Shown piece after piece: positions 30,501 to 38,963 of a stretch of DNA of 64,000 nucleotides. Within the stretch, counting starts at the first letter, position 1; every line of letters starts with the position of its first letter. A program made the translations under genes and the position numbers. The stretch comes from a virus. A model generated the notes under the pieces. That model did no database searches. It was not told the DNA's origin and was given only the letters and a program-made list of their open reading frames with translations. The DNA is taken from positions 1-64,000 of IMG/VR virus record IMGVR_UViG_3300035182_000826; one strand, given 5' to 3'.

Positions 30501-33274
30501 TGATCGAGCCGGGCATGGTTCAGGTGCCATTCTCCGCAGACAGAATCACTGTGACCCTTGATGGCGGTGACACCGGCTTCACTGTGCTGAACAGCCGCAC
30601 GATCTTGGTGTCAACAGCAGGTGAGCTTCGCGTCACTGGTTATGGCCCTGATGCATCGAAGTACAGCCCTGTGAAGGTCATCAATTACGTGGCGAAGGAA
30701 GTGACGGCCGACCTCCCTATGTGGAGCCCAGCAATGAACTTCCATACACCAACAGCCATGGAAAGCGTGAACATCATCGCTGACACTGACCCTGCCCGCT
30801 ATAATCAATCCACACTCGTGAGCGGCAACGCGAACTATGATCCATTGCGAGCATGGGGCGCGAAGCAGGTCGGCCGCATTTGGTGGGACACTACCAATCT
30901 TGATTATGTGCCATATCATGACAGTACCATCTTCGGGTCCATTGATGAGAGACTGAACCGCTGGGGTGCGCTTGCTGACTACGCCGCAAATCACATTGTT
31001 GAATGGGTGCAGAGCACAGTGCCACCAGCTGAATATGACGCACAAGCAGCAACTGACGCCGGTAACTCAGACATCGACCCAGCCTCAAGAGCTGATGGCA
31101 CCCCATATGACAAGAAAGTCTACTCACGTACCAGAGAATGGATGATCAGACCGATTGCCTGGAGCCAGGCGGCTTCACCAACAGTTTCCGCTCATACTGG
31201 CGGTACGATTGGCAGCAGAGGTTCTTTCCTGTCTCAGTCATCAGACACTACCTTGTTCTTCATCATTAGCTCAAACATGGTAGCGCTTGACAATGAATCA
31301 TTCTCGGCTGACGTCGTTGTCGACACAAGAATTGGTTTGTTCAGCGACACCGCTGATTATCTTGGACCGGTGTCTGAGGCAAATGTGGTTTCACTCACAA
31401 AGAACATCACGACTGAATTGACACCGAATGCGCTTCAGAACATTGCTGATGTGAGTGGGTTCTCGTTCACTGTCACACCATCATCCTACAATGAGATGGT
31501 TTATGGGCAAGTACAACCGTCGATGTCGTACTCCATCAGCCAAGGTAGCGCAACTGATGGCACACTGATCAATGAGTGGACTGTGAGCTCATATCTAACT
31601 CTAACGGTGAATGGAATCTCAAGCACTGTCTTGATCAGATCTGATGTTGGTACATCGACATCTGGAACCACTCATAATGCGTCATTCTCAGTCCAGGTCG
31701 GTGATGCATTCTCATTCACATTCGCTGAACTTGGGCTAACGATTGTCGCAACTGCAACAATGGCTGGTACACATGACACTTTGGTTCTTGCGCAAGCCAT
31801 TGACACGGCTGCTGCAACACTGAACGTGTTTGATGCTCGTGAAATCACATTCCTAGTGCCAAACCCACAAGGCATTTCATCAGCTTCTAATGACCCTGAC
31901 AGTGCGTTGACCTACGGCTGGAGAGCTTGGAATGTGCCAACACAAGCGGAACTTGATGCTGATAGCAAGTACCCTAACTGTGAATGGTACCCAATGACTG
32001 GTGAGTTCGTTTCATTCACTCCATCAAATGCTGACATCAAGGAGGCAGTAGCCGCCCAATTGACTCTGAACAACGGAACTGTGATTGACCGTTATTCAAC
32101 AACATGGGGTGATTGGACAGTTCACACTGACAAGTACTTCAAGACTGTCGCTACCTCATCAACAGCTGATGTTGACATTGGTGAAATCGTTCATGCAAGC
32201 CGAGTAGCTGTATACGTGAACGGTGTTGCTCAACTATCAAGTACTTTCACGATCAGTGGTTCCGTAGTGTCAATCTCTACTTTGTCAACTGGTGATTACA
32301 TCACTGTAATCCTCAGAGCGTATTCACCAACTGCTGATGAGCTAAGTTTTGACCCAACTGTTGAAGATGACTTGACGGTTCAAGAACAGTACAAAGAGGA
32401 TTACCAGTATGTGTCAGTGCCTGTTCGGTCAGCCGATGACGGCACTATCACGAGTACGTTGTACTATTTCTGGGTAACTGGAAGATCTGTTGCGGCAAGT
32501 GGTAAGACGCTCTCAACAAAGGCAATTACCTCATTGTTGACCAATGGCCCATCTACCTACATGACTTTGCAACACTTAACTCCTGATTCTGATTTGCCAA
32601 CAGGCACAGTTCTGTCAAGCCCAGTCTATGACTCAATTGCCTTGTCTGGTCTGTCATACTTGGTGACCAAGGACAGCACGTTCAAGCTTCGGTTGATGAA
32701 TGACAATACACTGCGTGATGATCCAGAGGGGTTGAACCTCAAGGACACACATGCTGAGTGGACACTCATTAGACCTGGTCAACGCACAAGAATCCCAGAG
32801 GCTCTTTGGAACAAGTTAACTGACACTGCATGTGGTGCTGATGTTGCGGGAAATCCATTGCCTGCTCCAGAGCGCGTTGCCTATGACGAGCGGAATGGAA
32901 CACGTACGCAGTACGGTTTTGGCAGCGATCAAATCCTTGCTCCTTCAGATTTGGTCACTTCGACTATCCTGTACACGATTCTAAATACCACGGTTGTAGA
33001 TGATTCTGATGACACGGCGGCGCCATATTACATTCAGTTCCTTGACTTTAATGAGAGCGATACGTGGTTTGCTACAGCAGAAAGTACACGAAATATTCTC
33101 ACGAGAATCTGGAATGAAGCTGAGGTTTCGCAAGTGAATGAAATTTTCTTTGCAGTGCTGAATGATATTTGCGCCGCAAACTATGAACTCACGGATTTGT
33201 TCAAGACATCTCGACTAAGTGCGTATTCTGTGAAGGTGATGAACTCATCACCTGTGCAGCCAACTTATGAGTAA
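24593..33274 (+). CDS. Giant virion/baseplate structural protein (2893 aa)
   Basis: TAAATA at 24556. LFGYVGRK, PIDFDKFTNFFNYYW and FWRGLIQMKGT...DEYWAYKVAEYG resemble large wedge-type proteins of big myophages. Contains two collar-like GDRVLV modules. Confidence 0.7.
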   Translation: MANKDYKLAHRDLVKYIPERLRNLVNTSLVDNLFNRHMTHDESVPLFGYVGRKPSSPDDTTPAVPQNTVSRDVNALIPVFSFKNGKELIAFTAEDVIRKAEVLGVDADQSTWLYSQANNYAPPIDFDKFTNFFNYYWVGQSLPNSPILSWNPTIAPEYYVIAKPAITDLDKLNVRLGTTSQITTTGTGFLSMTWVVTFTDALNFTVQAQGAGAGQLLPSEVTQSFTLPTVTVESTSVFTVEFTVSHPLPRTLLSFKIQRDPIYDGDGNWTGNETFTAGDTFTITAPFISSSYTLTSVVSSGVKGKINNVNSLDTFQTIDGVQLVVGDRVLVKNQGVSAENGIYIVAAGAWTRAADFADPSTTLTGSRVYVTSGLVNAGVLFISSDTYEFNPAGTQNNTNDWQEHNYWMTSDEAVAAGFDVSTLVQATRPIIEFSANVRLNGFVQNGVPSDAGTAYTQYKTEFNQVPLFDLYRYDGTHAKLVSPLFFYVEDPTADIDPALQRRTKISSNGSSDFLFSHGFEDDNGNLLFCKYKDGSLKTIWHAGYDTPTISNTSFNGNGNGTISVQPSTNAFAAQQIWTFTATGPTSFTVVGSKNAELPVPYQTATVGTQYDNTLIKALITAGSTPFEAGDVFTVQFGNLETTRYVYRSADARSMFDLFGGPTADTEGVGAWLTPRMFYNNVAAVNNGEIPEGTIYSHFRGILANQAAGNIDNAFGGSIKLWGEQTNLLVSLLMQRDLTPISMIDFAQNQYEVALNAIIDIFCQKFPSYVSTNTIDTSSLVSYILAVRAADMDVKKVLYDTTASVIGFPVTLPAMGVTPLAVPGYVFDNELGATVFRHHDGHLSSIFTMSQSFLDRMVTAKTTVLRSDGSTTPAFGSYTTTMPASPYRGEFWLYPQQSGVQFRMFNVLGDTSIAPTPTATGDFWYDRPNGTLYVWDGVSWATTTNMSAAWVSIDPADMLNDVLLEIETRLYNGVNGEQRSYFSDTDVQDALTGDLSAGLARELSTWAALYGYDQFGSDYVSTDPFTWNYSGLTTAQFAPVNRSTVPARWYKALQAHQATVPGVIPTSRPNLEPWKLLGFSSKPSTWDAMYSSTVTPDMVSDSQLVGAVKAVLYSGTPLFTTLNGSITVDGVLLTAGDYILLVSEAAPANNGVWVVSNGGWSRPFMQQAGHVLTVSSGIDYSATAWEITTTQSTPSDPVLVSQVRYWTASMWADIQAARPTLKLSVDTNREILLPPYVNPSFSASLNALTTTLPPTPAKAYVYGEGSPVETVWQKSIEFRYSLARALFRKDPLAFIGNCWGFEWVNVDGILYDGFDVSMPGIANARFHGDTETRTRTPTFSLTALSGPSAISLIITHDGYTADRKFSFSVKTSTGLTLGYLHEGETGTISSNGYVITASIEDNGVPFHVGDSFTVTANADGSGQLITFNNSLYVKFLGFGQIFAQCLRNTSIDMTRGYAVSAMKNWGVNVGYRAGGLVATDDLKVFTDSTELPPSAYTLIFKKSPYASDTWLQALRVTVSQFGAHKTASNGFKVPSSDASDWVFKVQGYNNRYLTVKYFTYDHSADVTFLALNGAHTSLPWLHPTVKTGTVSAELPLTITGLQSLVDFLFGYSEYLESQGWEFDNALEPTIDAETGRARNWQLEIEKLVDRVYAGTAQDTGHLMNPFMDKVWFNQDTGLISEFRDTALFDIISDPAVFDTLGVKMDSSNVTVLRGREQSTIISSVPMFSVHAQTDEYEHLFIFNNYISPSTNEGLIYDPFTGSRVATMKFNGRRQATDTLRPEFGGHYLIGHEVKENIQASTDKLQHYYDTNYVFRDRTSTLHAMELLGFTPKQYLADLDLTDKSQFEFWRGLIQMKGTNASVDAFLNNNRFQDAKLDEYWAYKVAEYGDARTKVFPELKLYAEDALQQFTKFRFVSAYDNDSSTATFTQVIPSDESRWYSIDDLNSDMSFTPMIIGEFVLAADPSVVYSPMIEPGMVQVPFSADRITVTLDGGDTGFTVLNSRTILVSTAGELRVTGYGPDASKYSPVKVINYVAKEVTADLPMWSPAMNFHTPTAMESVNIIADTDPARYNQSTLVSGNANYDPLRAWGAKQVGRIWWDTTNLDYVPYHDSTIFGSIDERLNRWGALADYAANHIVEWVQSTVPPAEYDAQAATDAGNSDIDPASRADGTPYDKKVYSRTREWMIRPIAWSQAASPTVSAHTGGTIGSRGSFLSQSSDTTLFFIISSNMVALDNESFSADVVVDTRIGLFSDTADYLGPVSEANVVSLTKNITTELTPNALQNIADVSGFSFTVTPSSYNEMVYGQVQPSMSYSISQGSATDGTLINEWTVSSYLTLTVNGISSTVLIRSDVGTSTSGTTHNASFSVQVGDAFSFTFAELGLTIVATATMAGTHDTLVLAQAIDTAAATLNVFDAREITFLVPNPQGISSASNDPDSALTYGWRAWNVPTQAELDADSKYPNCEWYPMTGEFVSFTPSNADIKEAVAAQLTLNNGTVIDRYSTTWGDWTVHTDKYFKTVATSSTADVDIGEIVHASRVAVYVNGVAQLSSTFTISGSVVSISTLSTGDYITVILRAYSPTADELSFDPTVEDDLTVQEQYKEDYQYVSVPVRSADDGTITSTLYYFWVTGRSVAASGKTLSTKAITSLLTNGPSTYMTLQHLTPDSDLPTGTVLSSPVYDSIALSGLSYLVTKDSTFKLRLMNDNTLRDDPEGLNLKDTHAEWTLIRPGQRTRIPEALWNKLTDTACGADVAGNPLPAPERVAYDERNGTRTQYGFGSDQILAPSDLVTSTILYTILNTTVVDDSDDTAAPYYIQFLDFNESDTWFATAESTRNILTRIWNEAEVSQVNEIFFAVLNDICAANYELTDLFKTSRLSAYSVKVMNSSPVQPTYE

Positions 33275-33276
33275 CC

Positions 33277-36200
33277 ATGACAACATCCAATAAGAACTCT
33301 ACGTATGTTGCGGCCTTGGTGTCGTTTTTGAATGACACCAAGCCGTACAGCCGAAAGCTAACAGAGGTTATCGAGGAATATCGGTTTAGCGACAGCATGA
33401 ATGTCGCTATGTCTGAGAACATGAACAGCACTGTGCTAACCAAGTCTGCTTGGACTTATGAGTATTACTCTGGTGGCACGTCCTCATCGAACCCAACAGT
33501 GCTTTCTCACCGGCTGGTAATGCCTGAGTTCAGGGATCTTTACGTGAACACCGATCCTCTAAATCTTGGAGGTTTCAAGGTAGGTAGAGATGAAATCACT
33601 GACATCTCATTGGTTCCAAATGTCTTTGACCCAAAGTCTGGGACGACATACGGTTTCTCGGACGCCTTTGTGCAGCGCAGCTCTGGCGGGTTCACACCAC
33701 TACTGGAAGCACATGACATTCACCTGTCACATGGGGCTTACACATTCCAAATCAAGCGTACTGCTGGTGATCAAGCAACGATCACTGGTCGGTTTTCTGG
33801 TACTTACACTGCCTTAGAAACTTACCCACTCACGGTAACACTGTCATTCTCTTCATACGAGATGATTGTGTCTGGTCCTGCTGTTCAGGCTTCATCAAAC
33901 ACGATCACTGTCACCGGGCCTGGTGTCGTTTCCGTGATTGGATACTCGGACGCACCAGCATACAGTCCACTCTTTTCTGATCAAGCTAAGAGCGGCATGA
34001 TGGCCCAGGCCACAGCGACAATGCAGCAGAACGCGCTTGATGAGTCCAATCCAGATAGTCTAATCAGCAAAATCAGAGCAATGATGGCCCTTGTCCAGGC
34101 AGCCATCGATAACCTGCCTGCGCCAAATGTAGAATGTCAAACTGCGTTGGATGCAGTAATGGCAGTTCTTGACAGTGGCACGCTTCCTAATGACTACAAA
34201 GCGCTGATGTCTTCGCTTGAGGCTGCAGGCGCGGTGTGCCCAGCACCTTACGTAGCATGGCGTGGGCAAGACGTTACAGAGCCATTTACAGATCAGTACT
34301 TTGAACTCGAACTGGCTGCACTTTCGCCAAGCTTGTACTTCAACGCTTATACTGACTTAGCGCTTCGTGAAGATGGCACATTGACTTATGAGTCAGTGAC
34401 AGATAGACCGGATGTTGTCATCAGTGGCATCACTGCTGATTACACCAGAGAGAATTATGAGGAATTCACGGTTCTCCTTTACCCTTCATCATTCTTAGTG
34501 AAGGGTTCAGCCTCTGGGACAATTGGCAGTGGGGTGTACAACACTCTGTTTTCTTCAACTCAAGTGTCAATGCTCGTGACTCTGATTGACGCAAGCAGCC
34601 TTGTGCCAGGCACTGAAATCACGTTGACGCCTGCAGCGAAGATCACAATTCATGAATCAGCACCACTTGAAACATGGAGTCTAATCAAGGTCAATCCAAA
34701 GGCTTATAGCCGTCCAATGCTGAATAGCACAAGGTATGGCTACATCATTGATCAGACAGGTCATCTAGGCTTTGTCACAATTCTGAATCAGACAGTTCCT
34801 GGTGGTGTGTTAGTGCTCACTGCTACATCAAGCACAACATTCAGTGTTTCACTCACCTCTTCACCAGCGTATTCAGGAGTTGCAACTGTTGGCACTCCTT
34901 TCAATGATGGGGTGTTTGCCTTTACAATTGTTGCTGGATCTGCTTACACTTTCGAAGAGCATGACACGTTCTTCATCGAGATTGTAAATGACGCGCCAAA
35001 GTACATTGACTTCGCGTTGGTGTATGGCTATGACGCTGATCCATATGATGCATTCAATCTTGTCTATGACAATGTGAACACGGCCGTTACAGATTATTTG
35101 GTGGAACTTGGTTTTGGTTATGACTCAAGATTCTCTTCACTAGATGAAGCTAGCTTCAACTTGACACTTGCACCAAATGTTCAATCAGGTCGCAAGTGGA
35201 TCATGCGTGCTATTCCAGATCAAAGCAGACCACTGTTCTTGCAGAACAGCGTGCCATCAAACATTCTGAATTTGCTTGGTACAGATGACCCAGAAAATCC
35301 AAACGCTGCCGTACAATTTGATCTGGCTTCTCACATGCAGATCTGGTACGCGTCATCTTTCACATTGGAGTTCTCTGATAATGATGGATCAACATGGACT
35401 CAAGTTGGAACCATTCCAGTTGGCAGTTCATATTCAAGCACTACTTATGGAATTTCATTCACCCTGGTGGAACCAATCAAGCCATACATTGCGGTGACAC
35501 TAACAGACCCAATTGACGGTTCGTCTTTTGCCGGTGGTGACATCATCACATGGGAGGTGCTGAACAACCCGCCAGCTCAGGTTGACGCGGCAGGTCTTTC
35601 ATCTGTGAATGTGCCACGACTTGTGATGTTTGCGGATTCATACCACAGAGCAGTGAACGCCAAATGGGTGTTGACTGCGACTGGAATGAATACTTACACG
35701 CTGCAAGGTGTCGACACTTCGACTGGTAATCCAATCTACCCAGTGCCTAAGACATTTTCAGTTCAAACTGACGGCAGATACTACCAAGACCAATACCTTC
35801 ATTATGGGCTGAAGGTTGGTAAGGCAGGCTTTAGCACGAACGATACAATCTCGTTCTACACTTACGAATCTAGCCCAGCCGTCTTGGTTCATGGTACAGT
35901 ATCTGGCTTTACGGATCTTGCTTACTACGACACATGGTATTGGAACGGAAAGATTGGTTTCAAGCTTCAGGCGCCAGAGGTATCTCTCTTTGAGAATGAT
36001 GAGCTGCTCTCAAACATGGTATCGTCTGTTGGTCAAGTAGTACTTGACTACGTGAGAAACGACCATGAGTCAGCAGTGTACCAAATCAAATCTCATGTTG
36101 ATGGGTATTGGACGCTGTACAGAAACAGCGATGCTGTGGCTGGTGGAGTAAGTAAGCTTGACAACGGCTACATTGGCTTTACGATGCCGCCAGCTGTTCA

Positions 36201-37620
36201 GGGAACAGTGATTACTGTCAAGATCGTCGGTGCTGACATTGACTTCACCTTTGGTCAAGATGCGGCCATTGTGCTAACTGATGCTGGGCGCGCGCCACGT
36301 GCTGGTGATTTCATCCAGATTGAGCGGGCCGTGAATGATAAGTTCGACGTGTCTATCACGCCTCAGAACTCCACGCACTCAGCGACCCTTTCAGTTCTTG
36401 CGTTGCACACGACTGACGTGAATGTGGTTGATCACACTGTACTTTCTGGTGCTGAACTGTCTACTACGAGTCCAGAGACAGGGGTCCTCCAGGGGTGGTT
36501 CCAGACACTTCTTGAGCCAAACGTTGTAGGAACTACACCAGCCTATTTCAGTGAAACCGGGGTGAACGTCGTGGTCCGGGCCGCTGCTACGGGTGAAACT
36601 GTTGGAACACTTGCTAGCACAGCGGCTGATCCATCAGAGAATGTGTACTTCAACTGGGATGTTGACTTCCACACAAAGTACCTTCCACTGAACACTGAGA
36701 CGTTGATTGTGACACGCAGCGGTGGCATGAATGAAAACATGAAGGTGTCAATCACAGAGGTGCTGACTACTTGGATTAGCGGTGGTTCACTCACTGACAG
36801 CTCGCTTTTCATTGATAGCGCTTCGGTGAACTTCACAGATGACAGTGTCTTAAACATCACCACCACGAATAATGACTCTCTGGCAGCTCAATTCCAAGAT
36901 GGGTTCACTGGTTTCTTGCCAGGCTATGATAACTTACCATTTGATGCAGAGATTGACGTTAACACTGCGTTCTATGGAGCTGGTCAACCTTACACAGCAT
37001 GGTTTGATAGAGCTAGAGTGTTGCACGCGCTTGGCACTTCTAGAACTGAAGCTCAAACAAATGAGCTCCTCACCCTTGAGGCGCACCTCTCTTCGTTCCT
37101 TGTGAACGAGGATATTGGGCAAACGACTCTTGAGGACTTCTTGGCTGCTTTGGCTGCTGATACCGGTCCATCATCAACTACTGATTTTGGTGTACCAATT
37201 CAAGGCCTTGGCATCAGTGTTGATGAAAAGCCGGAAGGTACAGCGGCAACATCAGTCGTTGACGCGATGACAATGATGATTACGGATTATGGAACATCAT
37301 TGGACATGAACTTGTTGGACGTTGGTTTGCTAGATGCTCCAGCAGACACCATCGCAATGATCACCACGAACAGCAATATTCCAATTCCTGCTGTGATGCC
37401 AACAGGCACCTATGAGGAGTTCGACGCAGCGCTGATGGTACCAGCGCCAGGTGCTCACACGATCAATGTTGTGTTCATGTCTCCTCAACCAATGCCATCA
37501 GCGGTTTATGTCTGGAGAGCATCGCAACCAACACCTGACCCTGTGATTTTCACATTCACCAACCGCACCATTTCATTCACGATGTCAAATCTTGAAGAAT
37601 GCAAGATCATTGTGACGTAA
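33277..37620 (+). CDS. Large virion structural protein (1447 aa)
   Basis: FLNDTKPYSRKL and GYD..PYD/PFD motifs; acidic and beta-rich; co-transcribed with the giant gene. Confidence 0.65.
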   Translation: MTTSNKNSTYVAALVSFLNDTKPYSRKLTEVIEEYRFSDSMNVAMSENMNSTVLTKSAWTYEYYSGGTSSSNPTVLSHRLVMPEFRDLYVNTDPLNLGGFKVGRDEITDISLVPNVFDPKSGTTYGFSDAFVQRSSGGFTPLLEAHDIHLSHGAYTFQIKRTAGDQATITGRFSGTYTALETYPLTVTLSFSSYEMIVSGPAVQASSNTITVTGPGVVSVIGYSDAPAYSPLFSDQAKSGMMAQATATMQQNALDESNPDSLISKIRAMMALVQAAIDNLPAPNVECQTALDAVMAVLDSGTLPNDYKALMSSLEAAGAVCPAPYVAWRGQDVTEPFTDQYFELELAALSPSLYFNAYTDLALREDGTLTYESVTDRPDVVISGITADYTRENYEEFTVLLYPSSFLVKGSASGTIGSGVYNTLFSSTQVSMLVTLIDASSLVPGTEITLTPAAKITIHESAPLETWSLIKVNPKAYSRPMLNSTRYGYIIDQTGHLGFVTILNQTVPGGVLVLTATSSTTFSVSLTSSPAYSGVATVGTPFNDGVFAFTIVAGSAYTFEEHDTFFIEIVNDAPKYIDFALVYGYDADPYDAFNLVYDNVNTAVTDYLVELGFGYDSRFSSLDEASFNLTLAPNVQSGRKWIMRAIPDQSRPLFLQNSVPSNILNLLGTDDPENPNAAVQFDLASHMQIWYASSFTLEFSDNDGSTWTQVGTIPVGSSYSSTTYGISFTLVEPIKPYIAVTLTDPIDGSSFAGGDIITWEVLNNPPAQVDAAGLSSVNVPRLVMFADSYHRAVNAKWVLTATGMNTYTLQGVDTSTGNPIYPVPKTFSVQTDGRYYQDQYLHYGLKVGKAGFSTNDTISFYTYESSPAVLVHGTVSGFTDLAYYDTWYWNGKIGFKLQAPEVSLFENDELLSNMVSSVGQVVLDYVRNDHESAVYQIKSHVDGYWTLYRNSDAVAGGVSKLDNGYIGFTMPPAVQGTVITVKIVGADIDFTFGQDAAIVLTDAGRAPRAGDFIQIERAVNDKFDVSITPQNSTHSATLSVLALHTTDVNVVDHTVLSGAELSTTSPETGVLQGWFQTLLEPNVVGTTPAYFSETGVNVVVRAAATGETVGTLASTAADPSENVYFNWDVDFHTKYLPLNTETLIVTRSGGMNENMKVSITEVLTTWISGGSLTDSSLFIDSASVNFTDDSVLNITTTNNDSLAAQFQDGFTGFLPGYDNLPFDAEIDVNTAFYGAGQPYTAWFDRARVLHALGTSRTEAQTNELLTLEAHLSSFLVNEDIGQTTLEDFLAALAADTGPSSTTDFGVPIQGLGISVDEKPEGTAATSVVDAMTMMITDYGTSLDMNLLDVGLLDAPADTIAMITTNSNIPIPAVMPTGTYEEFDAALMVPAPGAHTINVVFMSPQPMPSAVYVWRASQPTPDPVIFTFTNRTISFTMSNLEECKIIVT

Positions 37621-37650
37621 ATAACGAACAACCTACTCCAGAGGAAAGAT

Positions 37651-38289
37651 ATGAAGGAATCCATCCAAACTAAGGTCCACGGACATGTCATGATCAAGGA
37701 TCAAGATGGAAACGTCTTGCTTGACAAGGACAATGCAATTCACACTGGGAACATGGCAGTCGCTATTGCACGTGGATTGTCAAACACCGCGCACTACCAG
37801 ATCTACAAGATGAAGCTTGGCAATCAAGGTACGTATGTTGACTCATCACTTCAGATCGTTTTCAGACCGCCAAATGTGACTGGAACATCTGCTGATTTGT
37901 ACAACCCAACATATGTTGAAGTTGTAGATGACAGTGACGCAAGCGTTGGATCAGGGAACTCAGTGACCTTCACGAACGTGGCAGGTACAACTAGCACCCG
38001 CGTCATTGTGACTACTGTGATTTCAGCGAATGAAGCTGTGAATCGCGCAACTGACCAAGCAGACACAACAACAAGCTCAAATGGTGGTCTTGACGGCGTG
38101 TCTTCAACTGCCTCAGAAGGGCAGTACTTCTTTGACGAGCTTGGTCTGTTTACGCAAGGCACTGGCTCTCCTGATCTGCTGAACGAAACAGATGAGCTGA
38201 TGCTATCACACTTGATCTTCTCTCCAATTGAACACACTGGAAACCGTGAACTGACAATTGTTTACACCATCACGATCACCGTGTCATAA
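37651..38289 (+). CDS. Baseplate / fibre-attachment protein
   Basis: GHVMIKD...KDNAIH..N and FDELGLF...SHLIFSPIE...RELTIVYTI; TAAATA at 37618. Confidence 0.6.
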   Translation: MKESIQTKVHGHVMIKDQDGNVLLDKDNAIHTGNMAVAIARGLSNTAHYQIYKMKLGNQGTYVDSSLQIVFRPPNVTGTSADLYNPTYVEVVDDSDASVGSGNSVTFTNVAGTTSTRVIVTTVISANEAVNRATDQADTTTSSNGGLDGVSSTASEGQYFFDELGLFTQGTGSPDLLNETDELMLSHLIFSPIEHTGNRELTIVYTITITVS

Positions 38290-38291
38290 TC

Positions 38292-38906
38292 ATGAATCTG
38301 TACAAGTACCATGAGAAGCCAACATCACTGCTACACCATGGCATAGCTCATGACTCAGTTCCATTATTATTATGGGAGAAGTACAAGGGCAATAGGACAC
38401 AGCTGAAGAAACGAGAACACGTGATTGCTACAAGTGCAAAGTACTCGTATGAGTACGCGAAAGATGTCCTCAATGGCCCATTTCCGGCTGGCAAAGCCGT
38501 AATTGCAAGAGACTCATATTTTGCATACCTTTACGCAAGAGATGTTCTTCATGGCCCATTTCCGGCTGGCGAAGCCGCAATTGCGAAGGACACACAATAT
38601 GCCTACCTTTACGCAAGAGATGTCCTCAATGGCCCATTTCCGGCTGGCGAAGCCGTAATTGCGAAGGACACACAATTTGCCTATTATTATGCCAAGGATG
38701 TTCTAAAAGAACCATGGCCAAAGGGAGAGGACGCGATTGCGAAGACACCAGCATCTGCATACATGTACGCGAGAGCTGTCCTCAATGGCAGGTTTCCAAA
38801 AGGAGAAGCCGCAATTGCGAAGGACCCAAACTTAGCACATGTGTACGCAAGAGAAGTTCTCAATGCCGACTTCTATTATGATGGTAAGTTAGTTGGAAAT
38901 AAATAG
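38292..38906 (+). CDS. 25-aa tandem-repeat protein (paralogue of 58317-58697)
   Basis: About six repeats of AYLYARDVLNGPFPAGEAAIAKDTQ (75-bp DNA period); N-terminus MNLYKYH...WEKYK shared with 58317-58697. Confidence 0.85.
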   Translation: MNLYKYHEKPTSLLHHGIAHDSVPLLLWEKYKGNRTQLKKREHVIATSAKYSYEYAKDVLNGPFPAGKAVIARDSYFAYLYARDVLHGPFPAGEAAIAKDTQYAYLYARDVLNGPFPAGEAVIAKDTQFAYYYAKDVLKEPWPKGEDAIAKTPASAYMYARAVLNGRFPKGEAAIAKDPNLAHVYAREVLNADFYYDGKLVGNK

Positions 38907-38963
38907 TGTGACTCGCAGCACCGTGCCATCGTCTAAATAAAAGAAACTCACCGAGGGCACAAC

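Noticed and set aside
38292-38906. Diversity-generating retroelement involving the repeat-gene paralogues
   Set aside because: No reverse transcriptase in the window and no near-identical template/variable pair differing only at adenines.
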